DNA from: Octopus sinensis
Taxonomy: Eukaryota
DNA: 64,000 nucleotides
Assembly: GCF_006345805.1 (NCBI RefSeq)
Contig: NC_043001.1
Span: 125,550,001 to 125,614,000 of the forward strand
Direction: 5' to 3'
In this document: piece after piece, positions 11,820-24,379 of the stretch
Layout of the letters: each line of letters starts with the position of its first letter
Numbering within the stretch: position 1 is the first letter of the stretch
Notes under the pieces: generated by a model
What the model was told of the DNA's origin: nothing
Database searches by the model: none
Seen by the model: only the letters and a program-made list of their open reading frames with translations
Program-made: the position numbers and the translations under genes

Positions 11820-14287
11820 TTAAGGGAAAGGGGCAAGTGAATTGCATCAACCCCAGTCATTGACAGGTATTTTATTTTATTGATCTTGGTGGGATTTAAA
11901 CTCATAACATAAAAAGACAGAAGGAAAACCACAAAGTATTTTCCCAGCACTAACAATTCTATTTGGCACAAGGCCACAAATTTTGTATGAAAGAAACTGT
12001 CAATAGTGGCAGGGTTTATATATACCCTACAGTATTTTGTCAGATGCTCTAACATGGGTTCTCAATTGGGGTCCATATAAGATTTTGTTGTCAAAATTTC
12101 TGTGCAATAAATTGCTTATACTCCCACAATACACAAAATATTTTAGTTTTTTTTTATACAATTCCTCATAATATTTAACTATAAAAAATACAGTAGAATT
12201 TTTTTTATACACATCAAATGGCTAAGGAGGTCCAGTAGAATAAAATGGGAATCAAAGGGGTACATAAACTAAAAATGATTGAGAGCCACTGTTCTATCAG
12301 TTCTGTACAAGTCCACCTGGTATGTCTGTTTAAACATTTGTTATTCATAGGTTTTACATTCACTGCAAAGGAGCATAGTGTTGTAGTTGTCAAAGTGGCA
12401 ATTATTTCAACCAAGTTTTTTTTTCCATTATAAACTAGTAATTATCTGTTTCATGATTATTTTTCTTACATTATATATTGTCTTTGTGTTTCAATTAATT
12501 GTTAAAATAATCAAAATTTTTTTTTCAAAGAGTTTAATAAAATTATGCCCTTCTCCATTATCAAGCAGGTGTTCACAATATAACATAAAATTCTAACATT
12601 AAATTTTGATAGAAGGTAAACATAAGCACTTTAAAATGGACAGTTTTATAGCATAGAACCAGGGGTTGGTCTCTGGTGGCAGCTTTCAAAGGGTTAAATG
12701 CTAAAAATACAAAAACTTAAAACAAGAAAACCAACAATTGCATTTAATCTTTTCTTCATAACTTGGACATTTTCCAACAATGATGGAAAGAAAGCTGAGA
12801 TTAAAGAGTTTAAACTCTGTGCAAAATTGAAATCTTGTAACTATTAATACTAAGAAATATTGAAACAGTTATCAGTTTTGACAGCACAGTAACATTAGTA
12901 TATGATAATGCACCAGTAGCCAATTGATTTCTACCAGGTCTGCAACTGTTTTGATTCTGAAAGTGAAAATGGATGGTGCTATCACACTACATCATCATAT
13001 ATGAATCTGACAGTGATGAATAGGTCTTTACCATGATGAATAGGTCATATACCAAATACTTATTTTAATAGTAAAAAGAAGTAAAAAATAAACAGTCAAA
13101 TGTAGTGTTCACAGATGAGAGAGCAGAACATATCAAATTAAGCATATTGTTGCATATAGTTTAGTTATATCTTTTTCATTTTTAAATTCAAATTTCACTG
13201 TGGTGAACTTTTACTTTCCATACCTTTATGGGTGCCTTGGGCAAGTATCTACTACAATGGCCTGGGGCTGACCAAAGCCTTGTGAGTGGATTTGGGAGAC
13301 CAAAATTGAAAGAAATCCACCATGTGTGTGTGTGTACACTATGTGTGTGTACATGTGTGTCTTTGTGCCTGTGTTTGTCTGCCACCACCACTGGTGTTGG
13401 TATGTTCACATCTCCATAACTTAGCAGTTCAGTAAAAGAGACTAACAGAATAAGTACCAGGTTTTAGAAAGAAAAAAAGGTACTGGTATTGATTCATTCG
13501 ACTAAAAATTTTTCAAGGCAGTGCCCCAGCATGGTCGCAGTCTACTGACTGAAACAAGTAAAAGGTAAAAAATAATATATAAAGTACCAGTGACATATTG
13601 ATTTAAAGTTTTGGCACAAGGCCAGCAATTTCAGGGGAAGAGATATGTCACTTAGATTGACTCCAGTGTCTAACTGGTACTTATTTTATCAATCCCGAAA
13701 GGATGAAAGGCAAAGTTGACTTCACTTGAATTTGAACCCAGAATGTAAAGACAGACAAAATACCACTGAGCATTTCGTCCAGCATGCTAACAATTCCGCC
13801 AGCTCACCACTTTCGAGTACCAGTGATATATTGGTGCTGACTCAACCCTTTCATAACAACATTTCTATTGAAATACACTGCCTTTGTTTCACTTAATTTT
13901 GAATTTCAAGAAGAATTTAGTAAAATGACCTTGTCATTATTTAGCTGGTGTTTAGGGAATAAATTAGCATGAAAGTTTGATGGCAGGCTTTCGTTTCAAT
14001 TACTTGAAAGCCTGAAGTTTGTATCATTGAACCAGATGTGATCTTGGACAAGATTGCTATATCTCCTTCCCTACAAAATATAGCTTCATCTTTTATCTTT
14101 TACTTGTTTCAATCACTAGACTGTGGCCATGCTGGGGCACTGCTTTGAAAAATTATTAGTCAGTATTTATGATTTTTTTTTTTAAACTAATATTCAGTTG
14201 GTCACTTTTGCCAAACCGCTAAGTTACAGGGACATTCACACCAACACCTGTTGTCAAATGATGGTGAGGGACAAACACAGACAATGG

Positions 14288-14325
<38 letters not shown>

Positions 14326-14699
14326 ATTATAAATACAGAAACACTGCCAGATCAGACTGGAGCCTGGTGCAGCCTTCTGGCTTCCCAGGTCCCCGGTCGA
14401 ACCATCCAACCCATGCTAGCATGGATAACAAACGTTAAACGATGATGATGATACAACAGGATTTTTTCAATTTCCTGGTATTGAAGGTGCTCTGAGCTCA
14501 AAGACGTACCCCAATTTTGACTCGAAACTTTTAAGGGAAAACAGAATCAGATAAACATGAAAACAAATTCTGAACATGTTTTCACATATTTTGCAAAGAT
14601 ATCTTGTTTGTGGCTAAACAACATATAGAACCTATTGGTGAATTATAGTTTGTTTTTTGTGTTTTTGCTTCTTTTTTTTTTTCAATTCTTACTGTAAAG

Positions 14700-15047
14700 G
14701 GTAAAGAGGTAAAGACCCCCTTCGGTCATGAATGACCATGGGATTGCACCTAGAAAGTTACCCTCCTAGACACAAGTCCGGGCAAGGTTGTTTATGGAAG
14801 ACCAGCAGCCGCCCATGCATACCGGCCTCCCCTCTCCACGCCACCAGTGTTATCCAAGGGAAAGACAAAGGTCGATACAGCTTGGCACCAGTGACGTCGC
14901 AACTCATTTCTACAGCTGAGTAAACTGGAGCAACGTGAAATAAAGTGCCTTGCTCAAGAACACAACATGCAGCCCGGTCCGGGATTCGAGCTCACAACCT
15001 CACGATCGTAAGCTCGACGCTCTAACCACTGAGCCATGAGCCTTCAC
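14700..15047 (-). mobile_element. tRNA-derived SINE family E
   Basis: Near-identical to 5150-5490. Confidence 0.88.
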
Positions 15048-15554
15048 TGTACAGAGATACATTAAGCATAGCATAGATATCCCTCTTCTGGAATTAAATT
15101 TGGTTTATGGAAACATGTAACTTATATCTTTTTAGAACATAAGATAAATTTTCAAAATTTATTTTAGGTAAAAACATGTATCTTCAATATTGGCATACAT
15201 GGTAATCTTTCAGTCCAGCTCTAATATGTCTTCTTTTAATTTTTATGATTTGCTTAGAGTAATATATCATGTGCTCTGTACTATATAGAATGTTTGTCAA
15301 ATTCATTATCATCATCATCATCACCATCATCATCGCCATCACTATCATCATTTTAATATCCACTTTCCCAAGCTTGCATGAGCCTGGCAATAACTTTGTT
15401 GAAACAGATGATATTCTTACATTTACAGTAGGATGCTTTTACTGTGGCCAACCCTCACCCGTTTCCAGGAAAAAAATAATAAGTCCAGGCGCACTTTCAC
15501 AGAAAAATACAAACAAGTGCCACACGTGTTAAGACAATGGCAATACATATTCAA

Positions 15555-15720
15555 TTGTGCATGCACACACACTCACACACACACACACTCACACACACGC
15601 ACTCACACACACACGCACTCACACACACACACTCACACACACACTCACATACACACACACACACACACTCACACACACTCACACAACACACACATGCTCT
15701 CACACACACAAACACAAACA
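15555..15720. repeat. Compound (CA)n/(CACT) microsatellite
   Basis: Direct reading; it explains the His/Thr-rich ORFs. Confidence 0.95.
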
Positions 15721-16339
15721 TGCACAACAGTCTTCATCCAGTTTCCATCTACCAAATTTCACTCACAGATGTAGACGAAAACAGCAGTCAACAGTTTCCT
15801 CTTAGTGTGAATGAACCCTCAACCATGTGGTTCCATAAAAAACTTCTTAACCACATGGCCATGCCTTTGTTAAATTAATATCATTACTATTTTATTACTG
15901 TAAGGTGGTGAGCTGGCAGAATCATTAGCATGCCAGGCAAAATGCGTAGCGGCATTTCATCCATTCTGAGTTCAAATTTTGCTGAGATCAACTTTGCCTT
16001 TCATTGTTTCAGTGTCAATAAATTCAGTACCAGTTGAGTGCTGGGGTCAATACATTTGACTTCACCCATCCCCCTGAAATTGCTGGCCTGTGCCAAAATT
16101 TGAAACTAATATTTTATTGTGGAATGGCAGTGAGCAGGTAGAATTGTTACTGTACCATGAAAAATGCTTAGCAATAAGTCTTCCATCTTTACATTCTGAG
16201 TTCAAATTCCATAAAGGTCAACTTCGCCTTTTGTCCTTTCAGAGTCAATAAAATAAGTACCAGTTAAACACTGGGGTTGATGTGATCAACTTCCCTCCTC
16301 CCCTGAAATTACTGGGTCTGTTCCAAAACTTAAAACCTA

Positions 16340-16690
16340 TTGGGCCTCATGGAGGCAAAGTGGCTGAGCTCCTTATGAGTGTTGGGCCTTACAGAGGCAA
16401 CGACCAAGACCTTTGGCATTATGTCGTGCATGAGAAGAAGACCCATCAAGCTGAGCAAAATCGCAGTCGTGGCAGATACTAGTGTCACACAAATTGGTCT
16501 CCACGCCGGTGGCACGTAAAAGTGCCCATTACACTCTCGGAGTTGTTGGCGTTTGGAAGGGCATCCAGCCATAGAAAACCACATCAAATCAGACTGGAGC
16601 CTGGTACAGCTTGCCAGCTCCGGTCAAACCGTCCAACCCATGCCAGCATGAACAACAGACATTAAATGATGATGCTGCTGATGATGATGA
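16340..16690 (+). mobile_element. RTE-clade LINE 3' end (coding remnant plus family C UTR and (GAT)n tail)
   Basis: A degenerate ORF end runs directly into the family C motif. Same layout, inverted, at about 23420-23870. Confidence 0.7.
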
Positions 16691-17584
16691 TTTTATTACT
16701 GTGGCCTGAGTTATGATTTACAATAACACATAAGGCCAGTTGACGATGCATCATCTCAACTATCTTTAGTGGCCTTTTGTAAGATAACATCAATTTCTTA
16801 GGTGGACACAAGGCTTCAGATTTACAAAAGAGACAAGAAATGAGATTGCTTATAGCATTCATGCTTTTCTTTACAGTATCTGAGATGTAATTAAAGTCAA
16901 GTGAAATGGTTGCACCCAGAGGTCATCAATGAAGATAAACTACAAACATTTAAAGCTAGATTGATTGGGATTTAGAGAGTTAAGTATCTTGGTGGTTGTG
17001 AATACAGGGCAGAATTGTTGAACAGATATAAATTGTCAAATCTTTGACCAGGGTTCTGACACTTTGACAAGTTAACCAACTACGACCCTTTCTTTGTTAT
17101 CTCGTTGTTTGTCTATATGTTAGTTTCAAATCTTATATTGATTGATGTTCAAATATTTTGAAAGTGATGTTCCAACAGAATGCTGGAACGTACATGTATA
17201 GAAATCGAATATGTTTGCATACATATGTGGGTATTCTTTATGACTGTGTGTGTGTGTGAGAGAGAGAGAGAGAAAGAGATTCTTGTTCCAATTTTAATTC
17301 TCTATTTGAAGACCACTTACATCTCTAATATTCTTAAGAAAGACTTGTGCATTACAGCTTCCAATATTACAGCAATAAATGTGATTTTCTAAGGTTGTAT
17401 AGACTAAGTCAAATATTGTACAGTAAGTCAAGCATATCTTACTGTGTGCATAGTTAAATTGCTGCAAAGCTACATAAAGTTAAAGGGTACGATAACCATA
17501 GTTCTGCAGTTAAAAAGCTGGCTTTGAAATTACATGATTTCAGGTTTCGATCTTACTGAATACCTCTTTAGGTGAGTGTCAACT

Positions 17585-17978
17585 GGTGGAAGTGGAAGCA
17601 CTCCGTCGGTTACGACGATGAGGGTTCCGGTTGATCCGAATCAACGGAACAGCCTGCTCGTGAAATTAACGTGTAAGTGGCTGAGCACTCCACAGACACG
17701 TGCACCCTTAACGTAGTTCTCGGGGATATTCAGCGTGACACAGAGAGTGACAAGGCCGGCCCCTTGAAATACAGGTACAACAAAAACAGGAAGTAAGAGT
17801 GAAAGAAAGTTGTGGTGAAAGAGTACAGCAGGGATCACCACCATCCCCTGCTGGAGCCTCGTGGAGCTTTTAGGTGTTTTCGCTCAATAAACACTCACAA
17901 CGCCCGGTCTGGGAATCGAAACCACAATCCTATGACCGCGAGTCTGCTGCCCTAACCACTGGGCCATTGTGCCTCCAC
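17585..17978 (-). mobile_element. tRNA-derived SINE family D
   Basis: A box TGGCCCAGTGG, B box GGTTTCGATTCC, 15-bp TSD AGGTGAGTGTCAACT (17570-17584, 17979-17993). Confidence 0.9.
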
Positions 17979-18159
17979 AGGTGAGTGTCAACTACCTGAG
18001 TCTCGAAGCTGATCAATGTTTTATGGTTGAAATTTACAAGATAGAAACTGTGCAGAAACCTTTTGTATGTGTATGTGTGAGTTTGAATGTGTGTGTGTGT
18101 GTGTGTCACTTGTTGTATTTCTTCTTCCCTAGTTATGCAGAGCATCCCTTGTTATTTTC

Positions 18160-18590
18160 CCAAGCATTTGTCTTATGAAGAAAGGCTAAAGACGCTCGAC
18201 CTTTATTCTCTAGAAAAACGACGACGCCGTGGTGATCTCATTCTTGCTCACAACATCATAAGCGGAAAGTGTAACCTCTCAAAAGAGCTGTTCTTCACTC
18301 CTGCTCCAGAGTGTCGGCTGTGGGGTCACTCCGAAAAGCTCTATCTGCGACGATTTCATCTCAATCGAAGGAGAGGGGCTTTCTCCGTCCGGGTTGCGGA
18401 TCCGTGGAATAAGCTGCCGGACGAGATGGTGAAGATGCCGACGACCACTCGGTTCAAAGTCTCCCTTGACCACAAGTGGCCTGAACTCTTTACATGAACA
18501 CCACCCTGTACATAACTCCATGTCCCCTTACATGGCCTTGCTTTTTGCTTTTTGAGCCAAAAAAATTAACTAACTAACTGACTAACTATC
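18160..18590 (+). mobile_element. CR1-clade LINE 3' fragment with (TAAC)n tail
   Basis: Encodes LSYEERLKTLDLYSLEKRRRRGDLI...FSVRVADPWNKLP. Close inverted copy at about 53930-54290. Confidence 0.88.
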
Positions 18591-19243
18591 TCACCACCAT
18601 AATAGCAGCAAACCAATAACTGTCTCAATAAAAAGCAATAACAAATGGAACTGGTGTTCACCAAATGCAACATAAATTAAGCAAAAGTTTATAGATAGGC
18701 ACAGGTGTGGTTGTGTGGTAAGAAATGTGCTTCTCAATCATGTGGTTGCAGGTTCAATTCAATTGCAACACCCCTTGGGGGAGTGTCTTCTACTATTGCT
18801 CTAGGCTGACCAAAGCCTTGTGAGTGGATTCAACAGAGGGAAATTGGAAGAAATCTATTGTGTGTGTGTGTGTGTGTTTGCGTATGTGTGAGTGTGTGTG
18901 TTTGTGTGTGTTTGTGTGTGTGTGTATGTGTGTGTGTGTGTGCACACGTATCTTTGAGTTTGTGTTTGTCTCCCACCACTGCTTGACAATCATTGCTGGT
19001 TTGTTTGCAACCCCCATAACATAGTGTGTAAAGTACCAGGCTTTTAAAGAAAATTAAGTACTGAGGTAAATTTGCTCAAGTAAAACCTTCCAAAGTGGTG
19101 TCCAAGCATGGCCACTTCCAACAACAGAAAAATGTAAAAGATAATAAGGTAAAGATACAGATGTTCAATTATATTGAACAGGCTGGCAGCCGACAACTAT
19201 TCACAGGCACGATCCTACTACTGCTCAACATGGGGTCTTTTGC

Positions 19244-19296
19244 CTGCTACGTTTCCACCCTGTGCCAAATTGACCATTTTTAGACAACCTGGTCCT

Positions 19297-19349
<53 letters not shown>

Positions 19350-19468
19350 ATAGATATAGATATATACACACGCCTACACACACACACATGTGCAGACACA
19401 GAGACTAACACACAACTGCTACGTTTCCACCCTGTGCCAAATTGACCATTTTTAGACAACCTGGTCCT

Positions 19469-19522
<54 letters not shown>

Positions 19523-19590
19523 CAGATAGAGATATATACACACGCCTACACACACACACATGTGCAGACACAGAGACAAACACACAACTG
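19244..19590. repeat. Tandem duplication of a ~172-bp unit containing (GATA)n
   Basis: CTGCTACGTTTCCACCCTGTGCCAAATTGACC... starts at both 19244 and 19416. Confidence 0.9.
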
Positions 19591-20261
19591 TATGCATATA
19601 TATGTGTATGAACGTGTATGCGTGTGTGTGCACGTGCGTGTGCATGCATGTATGAGTGTGTGTGTGTTCTCTTTATGTTTATTAGTAAGAATGGATGAGC
19701 ATGAACCATTCAAGGAATATAATGAACAGACAGTTTGCATGACGTGATGCGTAAACCTACGTGGTGACGTGAGTTCTAAAGCATGCTGTCTTGTTTTTCA
19801 ATATCTAGTGTGAAATGATCAGATTGAACTCATAAGGGAATTAACAAATGGCATAGGTAGAATTTGCAAAAACAGGGAAAAAAAATCTGTTACTGCTGAC
19901 CTATAAAACCCAAACTTGTAAAGATGATAAAGAAGCACAAAAATAGCTGACAGTAACCTAGAGCAGATGACAATAATGCTGTTAATGATGATGATGATGT
20001 TGATGATGATGAGAAGGAGGAGGAGGAGGAAGAGAGGGGATTTTTTTTTTTTATAAGAATTGTGATATAATGGGAATAACAACATTAGATATATTCTAAA
20101 TACTCTCAAGCTATTTTTTCCTTACAACCAGCTGTTGAAGTGTATGTTTGCTTTTCTCCTTTAGTAATTACATATCGTTGTTTCATATACACACATACAC
20201 ATGTTCATATATGCACATGTGCACACACACACACACAAACATGCACCTATTTCCAATTATT

Positions 20262-20292
<31 letters not shown>

Positions 20293-20379
20293 TACATAAA
20301 TACATAGATTTGTTTTGGTATGTATATTTATATCCATTTTCGTTTGTGTAAGTGTATACACATATGTGAAAATATATAC

Positions 20380-20716
20380 ACATATATAAATAGATAGATA
20401 TGTGAAGATATATTTATATATAGATATAAATATATGTGCATACATCCATGTGTGTGTGTGTATACATATAATGTGTGTATGTATATGTGTGAGAGTACAT
20501 TAATGCATATTCATTGTTGTATAAATACATGTCCATATATAGAAATGTATGTTTACAAATATACATATATATATTTGTAAACATATATATCTATATTTAT
20601 ACACACACTCACACACACACACATATCATATATATATATATATATATACACATATATATTTGTAAACATATATATCGATATTTATACACGCACACACACA
20701 TATATCTATATATATA

Positions 20717-20749
<33 letters not shown>

Positions 20750-20865
20750 CATACATATATATATATATATTTATATATACATATGTATATATACACACAC
20801 ACACATCCATACACACACACATATATATGCACAAATACACAAGCACACACATATATGAATGTACA
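20380..20865. repeat. Compound (TA)n/(CA)n microsatellite field
   Basis: Direct reading. Confidence 0.9.
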
Positions 20866-21924
20866 TATACACAAACACTTATTCCACAGCTCATCACGTA
20901 CAAACGTATACTTCATCTCTCCTTTATGATATTCTGAAAACAAATACTGCACAGGTGATGCTCTTAAAGCTCTTACACCTGTCTTCCTTTGAAATCATAG
21001 AGATTCATCTTGGGGAAATTACCATGTTCCGACATATAATAATATCATGTACAGAAGTATCCTTTTAATTGTGTGTCTCTATTTCTTTTTCTAATTCTGA
21101 TTCAATTGTCATCATGGAAAAAAATAAATGGTAAAGCACGTAGAAAATCCCACTTCGTGGACAATGCCTACGACAGTAATAGCATATAATAACTAATGAG
21201 AAAGCCTCTACATAGTCGTTTGACTTGCTAGAAATACCACCTAGATTTTTTTTCTCATACCCTACAGAATATTTTGAAAGGAAACATTGGGTAAGATAGT
21301 CTGAGATATGCTGTGTCTGAACAAGCAGCAGAATAGTCCAAACTGGCCGTAAATCTGCTTGAGGTTTAATCTGGTGATATACAACAAAAGCGTAATAACA
21401 AACATAATAATACTGTGTAACACAATTTTTGTCCTCGAGTAGCAGATGTTATTTCGTATTTGCTATCCCTAGAAAGCATGTAAAATGGCTAAATATTTCC
21501 TTCAAACTTTACTTTAGTAGCAATTATTCAAACCCCAAAGAATCCCTCTCAGCACATGACTATAATGGTCTTCCACTTCTCCTGTTCATGATCAGAGATG
21601 CATATATTGTCAGCCGCTAAGGGACATGCTCAAGTGGTTAAGGTCGAGTAACTAACAAGCAAATCTGTAGTATTGAGCTGATTATTTGCTATAATAATAT
21701 TTCTGCTTCGGCAACTCAGAACTGAATCTATTTGAAAATAGGTCAGTTTCAAAATATTGATGTCCAGAACACAAAAGCAAAGTCTGAAGAGAATAGTAGT
21801 CACTTCCTTTGATTTCTAGCTAGAAGCAAATAGGAAACAACACTTACTGACCAAAGACAAAACAATGAAAAATTTAAAGACTTAAAATTTTGTTACACAG
21901 TAGACTAGTGATAAAATTCTTATT

Positions 21925-22146
21925 CTCTTTACTCTTTTACTTGTTTCAGTCATTTGACTGTAGCCATGCTGGAGCACCACCTTTAGTCGAGCAAATCGAC
22001 CCTGGGACTTATTCTTTGTAAGCCCAATACTTATTCTATCGGTCTCTTTTGCCGAACCACTAAGTGACGGGGACGTAAACACACCAGCATCAGTTGTCAA
22101 GCAATGATAGGAGGACAAACACAGACACACAAACACACACACACAC

Positions 22147-22186
<40 letters not shown>

Positions 22187-22310
22187 TACGGCGGGCTTCT
22201 TTCAGTTTCCGTCTACCAAATCCACTCACAAGGCTTTGGTCGGCCCGAGGCTATTGTAGAAGACACTTGTCCATGATGCCACACAGTGGGACTGAACCCG
22301 GAACTATATG
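21925..22310 (-). mobile_element. SINE family A
   Basis: Matches other family A copies. Confidence 0.85.
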
Positions 22311-22479
22311 GTTCCGGGTTATATTGAAGTTTAGTTACAATATCTGTTGGAAACACACACATGCATACCTTACAATCATTTTTATTTTAGTTCTGATACG
22401 ATTGTATATCTTTTACATCTAATTATTTACTTGCTTCAGTTGTTAGGCTGTGACCATGCTGGGGGAGCATCACCTTGAG

Positions 22480-22526
<47 letters not shown>

Positions 22527-22529
<3 letters not shown>

Positions 22530-22822
22530 GCGCAATGGCCTAGTGGTTAGGGCAGCGGACTCGTGGTCAAAGGATCGCGGTTTCGATTCCCAGACCGGGC
22601 GTTTTGAGTGTTTATTGAGCAAAAATTCCTAAAAGCTCCACGAGGCTCCAGCAGGGGGTGGTGATCCCTGCTGTATTCTTTCACCACTCTTTCTCCCACT
22701 CTTTCTTCTGTTGGCCTGCTCGCTTAGCCAGCGGGGTGGCGTCATTCGAAGGCTAAAACAATGCGAACGCATTGTGACCAGTGATGTGTAACTACATCTG
22801 ATGGACTGGTCAGTCATGTGAT

Positions 22823-22830
<8 letters not shown>
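22527..22830 (+). mobile_element. Family D-headed SINE with an alternative 3' half
   Basis: The first ~175 bp match family D. The sequence after about 22705 is unrelated to the tails of the other D copies. Confidence 0.75.
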
Positions 22831-22865
<35 letters not shown>

Positions 22866-23117
22866 CATCCTCATTTAAACCCTAAGCAGTCTTGTTATAA
22901 AGTCACTTACTCAGTAAGTACTATTCTCTGATTGGTTCTGGTAGAAGATCTCAATGGTTTTGAGTTTATAATGGGTTAGAGATCAAATAAAAAAGTGATC
23001 GCATGGTTTCGGGTTTAGTCCCACTGCATGGTATCTTGGACAAGTGTCTGCTACTTTAGCTCCAGGCTGACCCAAGCCTAATGAATGGATTTGGTAGATG
23101 GTAACAGAAAGAAGCTC

Positions 23118-23152
<35 letters not shown>

Positions 23153-23419
23153 CTTTGTGTCTGTCTCCCACCATCACATGATAACCAGTTTGGCATAAGA
23201 GAACCACAAAATAAGTACCAGATCCTAAAAAATTAAGTCCTGGGGTTGATTTGTGCAACTAAACCTGCCAAGATGGTGCCCCAGCATGGCCACAGTCCAA
23301 TGACTGAAACAAGTAAACGATAAAAAAAATAACGATACTTCACTAGGAAAGACTTTAAAAAAACTGCTTTGAAAAGCACAGTTAAAGTATTTCCTACTTT
23401 CTTTTATTAATCATACATG

Positions 23420-23870
23420 TGTCATCATATCATCATCATCATTTAACATCCATTTTCCATGCTGGCATGGGTAAGACAGTTTGACTGGAGCTGGCAAGCC
23501 AAAGAGCTGCACCAGGCTCCAGTCTGTAATGGCTTGGTTTCTATGGTTGGATGACTTTCCTAATGCCAACCACTCTACAGAGTGTACTGGGTGTCTTATA
23601 GATGTCACCAGCATGGGTGTCTTTTACATATCACTTGCATAGATGCCTTTTATATGTCACTGGTACAGTTGCCTTTTCTGTGTCACTGGCACTGACCACA
23701 CCCTTGATTTCACTTAGTTTGACTAGTCATCTCCTGCACATCAAATTGCCAGAAGTCTCAGTCGTTTGTCATTGCCTCCATGAGACTCAACAACCAAAAA
23801 TAATATTTCACCACCTTGTCCCATGCCTTCTTGGGTCTACCTCTTCTATCGGTTCCCTGCACATTTAATG
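23420..23870 (-). mobile_element. RTE-clade LINE 3' end plus family C UTR
   Basis: Minus strand reads ...RRGRPKKAWDKVV (RTE C-terminal GRP motif), then short tandem units and the family C tail. Confidence 0.72.
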
Positions 23871-23928
23871 AAATTATGAATAATACTCAAGCATTAGCAT
23901 GGATTTTCTTAAACTCTAAATTATAATT

Positions 23929-24340
23929 TAAAGTATAATAGCCATCTCAATATGGCTAACCACAAAGGGTGGATTTATTATTGCTTGCAGATAGTTTTTC
24001 GAAATCAGTGACGGAAGTTACTAGAAAAACACTTAAGTATTTGCATACAGGTATTCCTTTTCATCGTAAACCAGTGATTACCGCCCGTTGACAAGAGGCA
24101 ACAACCTTGAAACTGCGGTCCGTGCGTATCATTTAGGCTTACGAGAGAGGGATGACCTCCCTTTGCAAATACCATAAGAGCACAGATAGTGTGCCTAAAG
24201 CCAGCTGGAGACGATGATCTCCTGAGGCTAAAAGCTACAGTAACACCCACCCTTAGTGGTTAGCCATATTGAGATGGCTATTATACCTTACATTGTCGAG
24301 CGGTTACTGTTTACATCTCGTTCAGAGATTTATTATTGCT
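23929..24340 (+). mobile_element. Inverted-repeat-plus-tail insertion 1 (putative Penelope-like/retrozyme-type non-autonomous element)
   Basis: 44-bp inverted repeat (23929-23972 / 24247-24290, 42/44 match), 50-nt tail, 12-bp flanking direct repeat TAAATTATAATT (23917-23928, 24341-24352), and an internal hammerhead-like motif. Confidence 0.7.
24082..24126 (+). ncRNA. Minimal type I hammerhead ribozyme motif (U3-A8 variant)
   Basis: cgcccg-TTGACAA-gagg-caacaa-cctt-GAAAC-tgcg-GTC-cgtgcg. Stem I 5/6 bp, core UUGACAA, stem II 4 bp, GAAA, 2-bp stem III, GUC cleavage triplet ending at 24120. Confidence 0.6.
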
Positions 24341-24379
24341 TAAATTATAATTGTTTTTTTAAAAATCAACAGTGCATAT

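Noticed and set aside
12053-12291. Additional hAT-like MITE
   Set aside because: TIR-like ends are visible but I could not match an 8-bp TSD, so it is not listed as a feature.
12930-13030. Exon-like stretch after ctaccag with acidic DSESE/ESDSDE words
   Set aside because: The acidic words fall in different frames and end in stops; at most an old transposon relic.
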